Shown here: positions 27,801-42,800 of the stretch, piece by piece
How the letters are laid out: each line of letters opens with the position of its first letter
Numbering within the stretch: the first letter of the stretch is position 1
NCBI RefSeq assembly: GCF_009914755.1
Contig: NC_060948.1
Reading direction: 5' to 3' (one strand)
Origin: the human T2T-CHM13v2.0 reference genome, Homo sapiens
DNA length: 64,000 nucleotides
The notes under the pieces: model-generated
What the model was told of the DNA's origin: nothing
Databases searched by the model: none
Seen by the model: only the letters and a program-made list of their open reading frames with translations
Position numbers and translations under genes: made by a program

Positions 27801-30800
27801 GGAATAGTATGGAATGGAATGGAAAGGAATGGAGTGGAATAGACTAGAGTGGAATGGAATGGACTCGAAAGCAATGGACTGGAATGGAACTTTCTTGAAT
27901 GGACTGGAATCAAACGGAATGGAATGCAATGCAATCAAATGGCATGGAATAAAATAGAATGAAAGAGAATCAAATGGAATTGAATCGAATGCAATCGAAT
28001 GGATTGGAAAGGAATAGAATGGAATGGAATGGAATTGACTCAAATGGAATGGACTAGAATGGAATGGATTCGAATGGAAGGCAAAGGAATGGAATCTATT
28101 GGAATGGACAGCAATGGAATGGAAAGGAAGGGATTGGAATGGACTCGAATGGAATGGACTGCAATAGAAAGGATTCGAATGGAATGAAAAAGAATTGAAT
28201 GGAATAGAACAGAATGGAATCAAATCGAATGAAATGGAATGGAATAGAAAGGAATGGAATGAAATGGAATGGAAAGGATTCGAATGGAATGCAATCGAAT
28301 GGAATGGAATCGAACGGAATGGAATAAAATGGAAGAAAACTGGCAAGAAATGGAATCGAAATGAATGGAGTGTTATGGAACGGACTCAAAAGGAATTGAA
28401 TGTAATAGAATGGAGTGGAGTGGACTCGAATATAATGGACTGGAATGGAATGAAATCACATGGAATGGGAACGAATGGAATGGAATGGAAAGGAATGGAA
28501 TCGAATGGAAAGGAATCGAATGGAAGGGAATGAAATTGAATCAACAGGAATGGAAGGGAATAGAATAGACGGTAATGGAATGGACTTGAATAGAATGGAC
28601 ACGAATGCTCAAATTGAATGGACTCGAATGGAATGGAAACGAAAGGAATGTCATCGAATGGAATTGAATTGATTGGAATGAAATCGCATAGAATGGAGTG
28701 GAATCAAATGGAATTGAATCGAAAGGAAAGGAAGCGAATGGACTGAAATGAAATGGAATGGAATTGAATGGAAAGTAAAGCAATGGAATAGAATGGAACG
28801 AAATTTCACGGAATGGAATCAAACTGAATGGAATCAAATCAATGGAATATAATCAAATGGAATGGAAAGTAATTGAATGGAGTAGATGGGATTGGATGGG
28901 ATTGGAATGAAATGTACTGGAAAGGACTCGAATTTCATGAAACGGAATGGAATGAATTGGAACGGAATGGACTCGAAAGGAATGGAATGTCATGGAATGT
29001 CATCAAATGGAATGGCATCAAATGGAATGGAATCGAATGCAATGGAATGCTATGGAATGGAATGTAATGCATTGGAATGGAATGTCCTCTAATGGAATGG
29101 ATTCGACTGGAATGGAATCGAATATAATGGAGTCGAATGAAATGGAATTGAAAGGAATGGGATCGAATACAATGGAATATACTGGAATGTAACGTAATGA
29201 ACTCGAATGTAATTGACCTGAATGGAATATACATGAATGGAATGTAATCGAATGGAAAGTAATCCAAGGGAATAGAATCTAATGCAATAAAATCGACTCA
29301 GATAGAGTAGAATGTAATGGAATGGAGTGCAGTGCAATGGAATGGAATGGAATGGAATGCAATGGAATGGAATGGAATGGGATGGAATGGTATGGAATGG
29401 AATGGAATGGAATGGAATGGGATGGAATGGTATGGAATGGATAGTAATGGACTGGAATGAAATGGACTGGAAAGGAATGGACTCAAATTGAAAGGGCTCG
29501 AAAGGAATGGAGTCAAATGGAATGGTCTGGAATGGAATGAACACGAATGTAATGCAATCCAATAGAATGGAATCGAATGGCATGGAATATAAAGAAATGG
29601 AATCGAAGAGAATGGAATCAAACGGAATGGAATTGAATGGAATGGAATTGAATGGAATGGGAACGAATGGAGTGAAATTGTATGCAGTAGAAGAGAATAG
29701 AATGGAATGCAAGCGAAAGGAAAGGAATGGATTGGAATGGAATGGAATTCATTGGAATGGAAGGGAATGTAATGTAATGGACAGGCCTGGAATAAAGTGG
29801 AATGCTACGGTCTCGAATGGAATAAAAATGTATGGAATGGAATGCAATGAAACGGAATCGAATGTCATAGAATGTAATGGAATGCAAAAAAATGGACTCC
29901 AAAATCATTGACTGGAAAGGCTGGGTGTCGAAAGGAATTGACTCCAATGGAATGGAATCGAATGGAATGGAAGTGAATAGAATCGAACTAAATCGAATGG
30001 AATGGAATTGATAGGAACGGAATGGAAAGGAATGAAATGATTTGGCATGGAATGGAATCCAATGGCATCGAATGGAATGGAATGGAATGCAATGCAATGG
30101 AATGTATTAGAATGTAATGAACTTTAATGGAATGTACTCGAATGGATTCGACTGGAATGGAATGTTCTGGAAGTGAATGGACTCCAATGGAATGGATTGA
30201 AAAGGAATGGAATCGTACGGAATGGAATCTAATGGAATGGAATTAAATGGAAATGAATCAAATTGAATAGCACGGAATTGAATTGAATGGAATCGAATGC
30301 AATGGAATCTAATGAAACGGAAAGTAAAGGAATGGAATGGAATGGAATGGGCTGGAATGGAAAGGAATCGAAACGAATGGAATGGAATCGAACTGAGGAG
30401 ACTGGAATGGAATGCACTTCAACGGAAGGGAGTGTAATGGAAGGTTCTCGAAAAAAATGGAAACGAATGGAATGGAATTGAATGGAACGGAATAGAGTCG
30501 AATGGAATTGAATGGAATGGAATGGACTAGAGTGAAATGGAATCGAACCACAAGGAATGGACAGGAATAGAATGGTCTCGAATTGAATGGAATCGTATGG
30601 AATGGCATCAAACGGAATGGAATGGACAGCCACGGAATGGAATGCACTCGAATGCAATGGAGTCGAAACTAATGGACTGGAATAGAATGGACTCGACTGG
30701 TACGGACTCCAATGGAATGGAATCGAATGGAAGGGAATCGAACGGAATGGACTCGAAGGGAAAAGACTGCAATGGAAAGGTCTCGAATGGAATGGAAATT

Positions 30801-33800
30801 AATGGAATGGAATGGAATCGAATGAAATGGAGTCAAAAGGAATGGAATTGAATGGCAAGAAATCGAATGTAATGGAATCACAAGGAATTGATGTGAACGG
30901 AACGGAATGTAATGGAATCCAAAGGAATGGAATAGAATGGAATGGAATCGAATGGAAAGGACTCGAATGGAAATCACTCGAATAGAATGCAATTTAATAA
31001 AATAGGATGAAATGTAATGGAATGGAATGGAAAGGAATCGAAACGAAAGGAATGGAGACAGATGGAATGGAATGGAACAGAGAGCAATGGTATAGAATGG
31101 AATGGAATCATCTGGAATGGAATTGAATGGAATGGAATAATATGAAATGGAATGGAATGGAATGGAATGCCCTTGAATTAAATGGACTGGAATGGAATGG
31201 ACTCGAACAGAGTGGAATGGAAAGTGTTGAGATAGAATGGAATGGACTCCTTTGGAATGGTCTAGTATGCAATGCAATGGACTGGCAGGGAATCAAAAGG
31301 AATGTAATCGAATGGATTGGACTGGAATGCAATGGACTCGAATAGATTGGAAACGGAATGCAAAGGAATGGAATGGAATAGTATGGAATGGAATGGAAAG
31401 GAATGGAGTGGAATAGACTAGAGTGGAATGGAATGGACTCGAAAGCAATGGACTGGAATGGAACTTTCTTGAATGGACTGGAATCAAACGGAATGGAATG
31501 CAATGCAATCAAATGGCATGGAATAAAATAGAATGAAAGAGAATCAAATGGAATTGAATCGAATGGAATCGAATGGATTGGAAAGGAATAGAATGGAATG
31601 GAATGGAATTGACTCAAATGGAATGGACTAGAATGGAATGGATTCGAATGGAAGGCAAAGGAATGGAATCTATTGGAATGGACAGCAATGGAATGGAAAG
31701 GAAGGGATTGGAATGGACTCGAATGGAATGGACTGCAATAGAAAGGATTCGAATGGAATGAAAAAGAATTGAATGGAATAGAACAGAATGGAATCAAATC
31801 GAATGAAATGGAATGGAATAGAAAGGAATGGAATGAAATGGAATGGAAAGGATTCGAATGGAATGCAATCGAATGGAATGGAATCGAACGGAATGGAATA
31901 AAATGGAAGAAAACTGGCAAGAAATGGAATCGAAATGAATGGAGTGTTATGGAACGGACTCAAAAGGAATTGAATGTAATAGAATGGAGTGGAGTGGACT
32001 CGAATATAATGGACTGGAATGGAATGAAATCACATGGAATGGGAACGAATGGAATGGAATGGAAAGGAATGGAATCGAATGGAAAGGAATCGAATGGAAG
32101 GGAATGAAATTGAATCAACAGGAATGGAAGGGAATAGAATAGACGGTAATGGAATGGACTTGAATAGAATGGACACGAATGCTCAAATTGAATGGACTCG
32201 AATGGAATGGAAACGAAAGGAATGTCATCGAATGGAATTGAATTGATTGGAATGAAATCGCATAGAATGGAGTGGAATCAAATGGAATTGAATCGAAAGG
32301 AAAGGAAGCGAATGGACTGAAATGAAATGGAATGGAATTGAATGGAAAGTAAAGCAATGGAATAGAATGGAACGAAATTTCACGGAATGGAATCAAACTG
32401 AATGGAATCAAATCAATGGAATATAATCAAATGGAATGGAAAGTAATTGAATGGAGTAGATGGGATTGGATGGGATTGGAATGAAATGTACTGGAAAGGA
32501 CTCGAATTTCATGAAACGGAATGGAATGAATTGGAACGGAATGGACTCGAAAGGAATGGAATGTCATGGAATGTCATCAAATGGAATGGCATCAAATGGA
32601 ATGGAATCGAATGCAATGGAATGCTATGGAATGGAATGTAATGCATTGGAATGGAATGTCCTCTAATGGAATGGATTCGACTGGAATGGAATCGAATATA
32701 ATGGAGTCGAATGAAATGGAATTGAAAGGAATGGGATCGAATACAATGGAATATACTGGAATGTAACGTAATGAACTCGAATGTAATTGACCTGAATGGA
32801 ATGTACATGAATGGAATGTAATCGAATGGAAAGTAATCCAAGGGAATAGAATCTAATGCAATAAAATCGACTCAGATAGAGTAGAATGTAATGGAATGGA
32901 GTGCAGTGCAATGGAATGGAATGGAATGGAATGCAATGGAATGGAATGGAATGGGATGGAATGGTATGGAATGGAATGGAATGGAATGGAATGGGATGGA
33001 ATGGTATGGAATGGATAGTAATGGACTGGAATGAAATGGACTGGAAAGGAATGGACTCAAATTGAAAGGGCTCGAAAAGAATGGAGTCAAATGGAATGGT
33101 CTGGAATGGAATGAACACGAATGTAATGCAATCCAATAGAATGGAATCGAATGGCATGGAATATAAAGAAATGGAATCGAAGAGAATGGAAACAAACGGA
33201 ATGGAATTGAATGGAATGGAATTGAATGGAATGGGAACGAATGGAGTGAAATTGTATGCAGTAGAAGAGAATAGAATGGAATGCAAGCGAAAGGAAAGGA
33301 ATGGATTGGAATGGAATGGAATTCATTGGAATGGAAGGGAATGTAGTGTAATGGACAGGCCTGGAATAAAGTGGAATGCTACGGTCTCGAATGGAATAAA
33401 AATGTATGGAATGGAATGCAATGAAACGGAATCGAATGTCATAGAATGTAATGGAATGCAAAAAAATGGACTCCAAAATCATTGACTGGAAAGGCTGGGT
33501 GTCGAAAGGAATTGACTCCAATGGAATGGAATCGAATGGAATGGAAGTGAATAGAATCGAACTAAATCGAATGGAATGGAATTGATAGGAACGGAATGGA
33601 AAGGAATGAAATGATTTGGCATGGAATGGAATCGAATGGCATCGAATGGAATGGAATGGAATGCAATGCAATGGAATGTATTAGAATGTAATGAACTTTA
33701 ATGGAATGTACTCGAATGGATTCGACTGGAATGGAATGTTCTGGAAGTGAATGGACTCCAATGGAATGGATTGAAAAGGAATGGAATCGTACGGAATGGA

Positions 33801-36800
33801 ATCTAATGGAATGGAATTAAATGGAAATGAATCAAATTGAATAGCACGGAATTGAATTGAATGGAATCGAATGCAATGGAATCTAATGAAACGGAAAGGA
33901 AAGGAATGGAATGGAATGGAATGGGCTGGAATGGAAAGGAATCGAAACGAATGGAATGGAATCGAACTGAAGAGACTGGAATGGAATGCACTTCAATGGA
34001 AGGGAGTGTAATGGAAGGTTCTCGAAGAAAATGGAAACGAATGGAATGGAATTGAATGGAACGGAATAGAGTCGAATGGAATTGAATGGAATGGAATGGA
34101 CTAGAGTGAAATGGAATCGAACCACAAGGAATGGACAGGAATAGAATGGTCTCGAATTGAATGGAATCGTATGGAATGGCATCAAACGGAATGGAATGGA
34201 CAGCCACGGAATGGAATGCACTCGAATGCAATGGAGTCGAAACTAATGGACTGGAATAGAATGGACTCGACTGGTACGGACTCCAATGGAATGGAATCGA
34301 ATGGAAGGGAATCGAACGGAATGGACTCGAAGGGAAAAGACTGCAATGGAAAGGTCTCGAATGGAATGGAAATTAATGGAATGGAATGGAATCGAATGAA
34401 ATGGAGTCAAAAGGAATGGAATCGAATGGCAAGAAATCGAATGTAATGGAATCGCAAGGAATGGATGTGAACGGAACGGAATGGAATGGAATCCAAAGGA
34501 ATGGAATAGAATGGAATGGAATCGAATGGAAAGGACTCGAATGGAAATCACTCGAATAGAATGCAATTGAATAAAATAGGATCAAATGTAAAGGAATGGA
34601 ATGGAAAGGAATCGAAACGAAAGGAATGGAGACAGATGGAATGGAATGGAACAGAGAGCAATGGTATAGAATGGAATGGAATCATCTGGAATGGAATTGA
34701 ATGGAATGGAATAATATGAAATGGAATGGAATGGAATGGAATGCCCTTGAATTAAATGGACTGGAATGGAATGGACTCGAACAGAGTGGAATGGAAAGTG
34801 TTGAGATAGAATGGAATGGACTCCTTTGGAATGGTCTAGTATGCAATGCAATGGACTGGCAGGGAATCAAAAGGAATGTAATCGAATGGATTGGACTGGA
34901 ATGCAATGGACTCGAATAGATTGGAAACGGAATGCAAAGGAATGGAATGGAATAGTATGGAATGGAATGGAAAGGAATGGAGTGGAATAGACTAGAGTGG
35001 AATGGAATGGACTCGAAAGCAATGGACTGGAATGGAACTTTCTTGAATGGACTGGCATCAAACGGAATGGAATGCAATGCAATCAAATGGCATGGAATAA
35101 AATAGAATGAAAGAGAATCAAATGGAATTGAATCGAATGGAATCGAATGGATTGGAAAGGAATAGAATGGAATGGAATGGAATTGACTCAAATGGAATGG
35201 ACTAGAATGGAATGGATTCGAATGGAAGGCAAAGGAATGGAATCTATTGGAATGGACTGCAATGGAATGGAATGGAAGGGATTGGAATGGACTCGAATGG
35301 AATGGACTGCAATAGAAAGGATTCGAATGGAATGAAAAAGAATTGAATGGAATAGAACAGAATGGAATCAAATCGAATGAAATGGAATGGAATAGAAAGG
35401 AATGGAATGAAATGGAATAGAAAGGATTCGAATGGAATGCAATCGAATGGAATGGAATCGAACGGAATGGAATAAAATGGAAGCAAACTGGCAAGAAATG
35501 GAATCGAAATGAATGGAGTGTTATGGAACGGACTCAAAAGGAATTGAATGTAATAGAATGGAGTGGAGTGGACTCGAATATAATGGACTGCAATGGAATG
35601 AAATCACATGGAATGGGAACGAATGGAATGGAATGGAAAGGAATGGAATCGAATGGAAAGGAATCGAATGGAAGGGAATGAAATTGAATCAACAGGAATG
35701 GAAGGGAATAGAATAGACGGTAATGGAATGGACTCGAATAGAATGGACACGAATGCTCAAATTGAATGGACTCGAATGGAATGGAAACGAAAGGAATGTC
35801 ATCGAATGGAATTGAATCGATTGGAATAAAATCGCATAGAATAGAGTGGAATCAAATGGAATTGAATCGAAAGGAAAGGAAGCGAATGGACTGAAATGAA
35901 ATGGAATGGAATTGAATGGAAAGTAAAGCAATGGAATAGAATGGAACGAAATTTCACGGAATGGAATCAAACTGAATGGAATCAAATCAATGGAATATAA
36001 TCAAATGGAATGGAAAGGAATTGAATGGAGTAGATGGGATTGGATGGGATTGGAATGAAATGTACTGGAAAGGACTCGAATTTCATGAAACGGAATGGAA
36101 TGAATTGGAACGGAATGGACTCGAATGGAATGGAATGTCATGGAATGGCATCAAATGGAATGGCATCAAATGGAATGGAATCGAATGCAATGGAATGCTA
36201 TGGAATGGAATGGAATGCATTGGAATGGAATGTCCTCTAATGGAATGGATTCGAGTGGAATGGAATCGAATATAATGGAGTCGAATGAAATGGAATTGAA
36301 AGGAATGGGATCGAATACAATGGAATATACTGGAATGTAATGTAATGAACTCGAATGTAATTGACTGGAATGGAATGTACATGAATGGAATGTAATCGAA
36401 TGGAAAGTAATCCAATGGAATAGAATCTAAAGCAATAAAATCGACTCAGATAGAGTAGAATGTAATGGAATGGAGTGCAGTGCAATGGAATGGAATGGAA
36501 TGGAATGGAATGGAATGGAATGGGATGGAATGGTATGGAATGGATAGTAATGGACTGGAGTGAAATGGACTGGAAAGGAATGGACTCAAATTGAAAGGGC
36601 TCGAAAGGAATGGAGTCAAATGGAATGGTCTGGAATGGAATGAACACGAATGTAATGCAATCCAATAGAATGGAATCGAATGGCATGGAATATAAAGAAA
36701 TGGAATCGAAGAGAATGGAATCAAACGGAATGGAATTGAATGGAATGGAATTGAATGGAATGGGAACGAATGGAGTGAAATTGTATGCAGTAGAAAAGAA

Positions 36801-39800
36801 TAGAATGGAATGCAAGCGAAAGGAAAGGAATGGATTGGAATGGAATGGAATTCATTGGAATGGAAGGGAATGTAATGTAATGGACAGGCCTGGAATAAAG
36901 TGGAATGCTACGGTCTCGAATGGAATAAAAATGTATGGAATGGAATGCAATGAAACGGAATCGAATGTCATAGAATGTAATGGAATGCAAAAAAATGGAC
37001 TCCAAAATCATTGACTGGAAAGGCTGGGTGTCGAAAGGAATTGACTCCAATGGAATGGAATCGAATGGAATGGAAGTGAATAGAATCGAACTAAATCGAA
37101 TGGAATGGAATTGATAGGAACGGAATGGAAAGGAATGAAATGATTTGGCATGGAATGGAATCCAATGGCATCGAATGGAATGGAATGGAATGCAATGCAA
37201 TGGAATGTATTAGAATGTAATGAACTTTAATGGAATGTACTCGAATGGATTCGACTGGAATGGAATGTTCTGGAAGTGAATGGACTCCAATGGAATGGAT
37301 TGAAAAGGAATGGAATCGTACGGAATGGAATCTAATGGAATGGAATTAAATGGAAATGAATGAAATTGAATAGCACGGAATTGAATTGAATGGAATCGAA
37401 TGCAATGGAATCTAATGAAACGGAAAGTAAAGGAATGGAATGGAATGGAATGGGCTGGAATGGAAAGGAATCGAAACGAATGGAATGGAATCGAACTGAG
37501 GAGACTGGAATGGAATGCACTTCAACGGAAGGGAGTGTAATGGAAGGTTCTCGAAAAAAATGGAAACGAATGGAATGGAATTGAATGGAACGGAATAGAG
37601 TCGAATGGAATTGAATGGAATGGAATGGACTAGAGTGAAATGGAATCGAACCACAAGGAATGGACAGGAATAGAATGGTCTCGAATTGAATGGAATCGTA
37701 TGGAATGGCATCAAACGGAATGGAATGGACAGCCACGGAATGGAATGCACTCGAATGCAATGGAGTCGAAACTAATGGACTGGAATAGAATGGACTCGAC
37801 TGGTACGGACTCCAATGGAATGGAATCGAATGGAAGGGAATCGAACGGAATGGACTCGAAGGGAAAAGACTGCAATGGAAAGGTCTCGAATGGAATGGAA
37901 ATTAATGGAATGGAATGGAATCGAATGAAATGGAGTCAAAAGGAATGGAATTGAATGGCAAGAAATCGAATGTAATGGAATCACAAGGAATTGATGTGAA
38001 CGGAACGGAATGTAATGGAATCCAAAGGAATGGAATAGAATGGAATGGAATCGAATGGAAAGGACTCGAATGGAAATCACTCGAATAGAATGCAATTTAA
38101 TAAAATAGGATCAAATGTAATGGAATGGAATGGAAAGGAATCGAAACGAAAGGAATGGAGACAGATGGAATGGAATGGAACAGAGAGCAATGGTATAGAA
38201 TGGAATGGAATCATCTGGAATGGAATTGAATGGAATGGAATAATATGAAATGGAATGGAATGGAATGGAATGCCCTTGAATTAAATGGACTGGAATGGAA
38301 TGGACTCGAACAGAGTGGAATGGAAAGTGTTGAGATAGAATGGAATGGACTCCTTTGGAATGGTCTAGTATGCAATGCAATGGACTGGCAGGGAATCAAA
38401 AGGAATGTAATCGAATGGATTGGACTGGAATGCAATGGACTCGAATAGATTGGAAACGGAATGCAAAGGAATGGAATGGAATAGTATGGAATGGAATGGA
38501 AAGGAATGGAGTGGAATAGACTAGAGTGGAATGGAATGGACTCGAAAGCAATGGACTGGAATGGAACTTTCTTGAATGGACTGGAATAAAACGGAATGGA
38601 ATGCAATGCAATCAAATGGCATGGAATAAAATAGAATGAAAGAGAATCAAATGGAATTGAATCGAATGGAATCGAATGGATTCCATGGAAAGGAATAGAA
38701 TGGAATGGAATGGAATTGACTCAAATGGAATGGACTAGAATGGAATGGATTCGAATGGAAGGCAAAGGAATGGAATCTATTGGAATGGACAGCAATGGAA
38801 TGGAAAGGAAGGGATTGGAATGGACTCGAATGGAATGGACTGCAATAGAAAGGATTCGAATGGAATGAAAAAGAATTGAATGGAATAGAACAGAATGGAA
38901 TCAAATCGAATGAAATGGAATGGAATAGAAAGGAATGGAATGAAATGGAATGGAAAGGATTCGAATGGAATGCAATCGAATGGAATGGAATCGAACGGAA
39001 TGGAATAAAATGGAAGAAAACTGGCAAGAAATGGAATCGAAATGAATGGAGTGTTATGGAACGGACTCAAAAGGAATTGAATGTAATAGAATGGAGTGGA
39101 GTGGACTCGAATATAATGGACTGGAATGGAATGAAATCACATGGAATGGGAACGAATGGAATGGAATGGAAAGGAATGGAATCGAATGGAAAGGAATCGA
39201 ATGGAAGGGAATGAAATTGAATCAACAGGAATGGAAGGGAATAGAATAGACGGTAATGGAATGGACTTGAATAGAATGGACACGAATGCTCAAATTGAAT
39301 GGACTCGAATGGAATGGAAACGAAAGGAATGTCATCGAATGGAATTGAATTGATTGGAATGAAATCGCATAGAATGGAGTGGAATCAAATGGAATTGAAT
39401 CGAAAGGAAAGGAAGCGAATGGACTGAAATGAAATGGAATGGAATTGAATGGAAAGTAAAGCAATGGAATAGAATGGAACGAAATTTCACGGAATGGAAT
39501 CAAACTGAATGGAATCAAATCAATGGAATATAATCAAATGGAATGGAAAGTAATTGAATGGAGTAGATGGGATTGGATGGGATTGGAATGAAATGTACTG
39601 GAAAGGACTCGAATTTCATGAAACGGAATGGAATGAATTGGAACGGAATGGACTCGAAAGGAATGGAATGTCATGGAATGTCATCAAATGGAATGGCATC
39701 AAATGGAATGGAATCGAATGCAATGGAATGCTATGGAATGGAATGTAATGCATTGGAATGGAATGTCCTCTAATGGAATGGATTCGAGTGGAATGGAATC

Positions 39801-42800
39801 GAATATAATGGAGTCGAATGAAATGGAATTGAAAGGAATGGGATCGAATACAATGGAATATACTGGAATGTAACGTAATGAACTCGAATGTAATTGACTG
39901 GAATGGAATGTACATGAATGGAATGTAATCGAATGGAAAGTAATCCAAGGGAATAGAATCTAATGGAATAAAATCGACTCAGATAGAGTAGAATGTAATG
40001 GAATGGAGTGCAGTGCAATGGAATGGAATGGAATGGAATGCAATGGAATGGAATGGAATGGGATGGAATGGTATGGAATGGAATGGAATGGAATGGAATG
40101 GGATGGAATGGTATGGAATGGATAGTAATGGACTGGAATGAAATGGACTGGAAAGGAATGGACTCAAATTGAAAGGGCTCGAAAGGAATGGAGTCAAATG
40201 GAATGGTCTGGAATGGAATGAACACGAATGTAATGCAATCCAATAGAATGGAATCGAATGGCATGGAATATAAAGAAATGGAATCGAAGAGAATGGAAAC
40301 AAACGGAATGGAATTGAATGGAATGGAATTGAATGGAATGGGAACGAATGGAGTGAAATTGTATGCAGTAGAAGAGAATAGAATGGAATGCAAGCGAAAG
40401 GAAAGGAATGGATTGGAATGGAATGGAATTCATTGGAATGGAAGGGAATGTAGTGTAATGGACAGGCCTGGAATAAAGTGGAATGCTACGGTCTCGAATG
40501 GAATAAAAATGTATGGAATGGAATGCAATGAAACGGAATCGAATGTCATAGAATATAATGGAATGCAAAAAAATGGACTCCAAAATCATTGACTGGAAAG
40601 GCTGGGTGTCGAAAGGAATTGACTCCAATGGAATGGAATCGAATGGAATGGAAGTGAATAGAATCGAACTAAATCGAATGGAATGGAATTGATAGGAACG
40701 GAATGGAAAGGAATGAAATGATTTGGCATGGAATGGAATCGAATGGCATCGAATGGAATGGAATGGAATGCAATGCAATGGAATGTATTAGAATGTAATG
40801 AACTTTAATGGAATGTACTCGAATGGATTCGACTGGAATGGAATGTTCTGGAAGTGAATGGACTCCAATGGAATGGATTGAAAAGGAATGGAATCGTACG
40901 GAATGGAATCTAATGGAATGGAATTAAATGGAAATGAATCAAATTGAATAGCACGGAATTGAATTGAATGGAATCGAATGCAATGGAATCTAATGAAACG
41001 GAAAGGAAAGGAATGGAATGGAATGGAATGGGCTGGAATGGAAAGGAATCGAAACGAATGGAATGGAATCGAACTGAAGAGACTGGAATGGAATGCACTG
41101 GAATGGAAGGGAGTGTAATGGAAGGTTCTCGAAAAAAATGGAAACGAATGGAATGGAATTGAATGGAACGGAATAGAGTCGAATGGAATTGAATGGAATG
41201 GAATGGACTAGAGTGAAATGGAATCGAACCACAAGGAATGGACAGGAATAGAATTGTCTCGAATTGAATGGAATCGTATGGAATGGCATCAAACGGAATG
41301 GAATGGACAGCCACGGAATGGAATGCACTCGAATGCAATGGAGTCGAAACTAATGGACTGGAATAGAATGGACTCGACTGGTACGGACTCCAATGGAATG
41401 GAATCGAATGGAAGGGAATCGAACGGAATGGACTCGAAGGGAAAAGACTGCAATGGAAAGGTCTCGAATGGAATGGAAATTAATGGAATGGAATGGAATC
41501 GAATGAAATGGAGTCAAAAGGAATGGAATCGAATGGCAAGAAATCGAATGTAATGGAATCGCAAGGAATGGATGTGAACGGAACGGAATGGAATGGAATC
41601 CAAAGGAATGGAATAGAATGGAATGGAATCGAATGGAAAGGACTCGAATGGAAATCACTCGAATAGAATGCAATTGAATAAAATAGGATCAAATGTAAAG
41701 GAATGGAATGGAAAGGAATCGAAACGAAAGGAATGGAGACAGATGGAATGGAATGGAACAGAGAGCAATGGTATAGAATGGAATGGAATCATCTGGAATG
41801 GAATTGAATGGAATGGAATAATATGAAATGGAATGGAATGGAATGGAATGCCCTTGAATTAAATGGACTGGAATGGAATGGACTCGAACAGAGTGGAATG
41901 GAAAGTGTTGAGATAGAATGGAATGGACTCCTTTGGAATGGTCTAGTATGCAATGCAATGGACTGGCAGGGAATCAAAAGGAATGTAATCGAATGGATTG
42001 GACTGGAATGCAATGGACTCGAATAGATTGGAAACGGAATGCAAAGGAATGGAATGGAATAGTATGGAATGGAATGGAAAGGAATGGAGTGGAATAGACT
42101 AGAGTGGAATGGAATGGACTCGAAAGCAATGGACTGGGATGGAACTTTCTTGAATGGACTGGAATCAAACGGAATGGAATGCAATGCAATCAAATGGCAT
42201 GGAATAAAATAGAATGAAAGAGAATCAAATGGAATTGAATCGAATGCAATCGAATGGATTGGAAAGGAATAGAATGGAATGGAATGGAATTGACTCAAAT
42301 GGAATGGACTAGAATGGAATGGATTCGAATGGAAGGCAAAGGAATGGAATCTATTCGAATGGACTGCAATGGAATGGAATGGAAGGGATTGGAATGGAGT
42401 CGAATGGAATAGACTGCAATAGAAAGGATTCGAATGGAATGAAAAAGAATTGAATGGAATAGAACAGAATGGAATCAAATCGAATGAAATGGAATGGAAT
42501 AGAAAGGAATGGAATGAAATGGAATGGAAAGGATTCGAATGGAATGCAATCGAATGGAATGGAATCGAACGGAATGGAATAAAATGGAAGCAAACTGGCA
42601 AGAAATGGAATCGAAATGAATGGAGTGTTATGGAACGGACTCCAAAGGAATTGAATGTAATAGAATGGAGTGGAGTGGACTCGAATATAATGGACTGCAA
42701 TGGAATGAAATCACATGGAATGGGAACGAATGGAATGGAATGGAAAGGAATGGAATCGAATGGAAAGGAATCGAATGGAAGGGAATGAAATTGAATCAAC

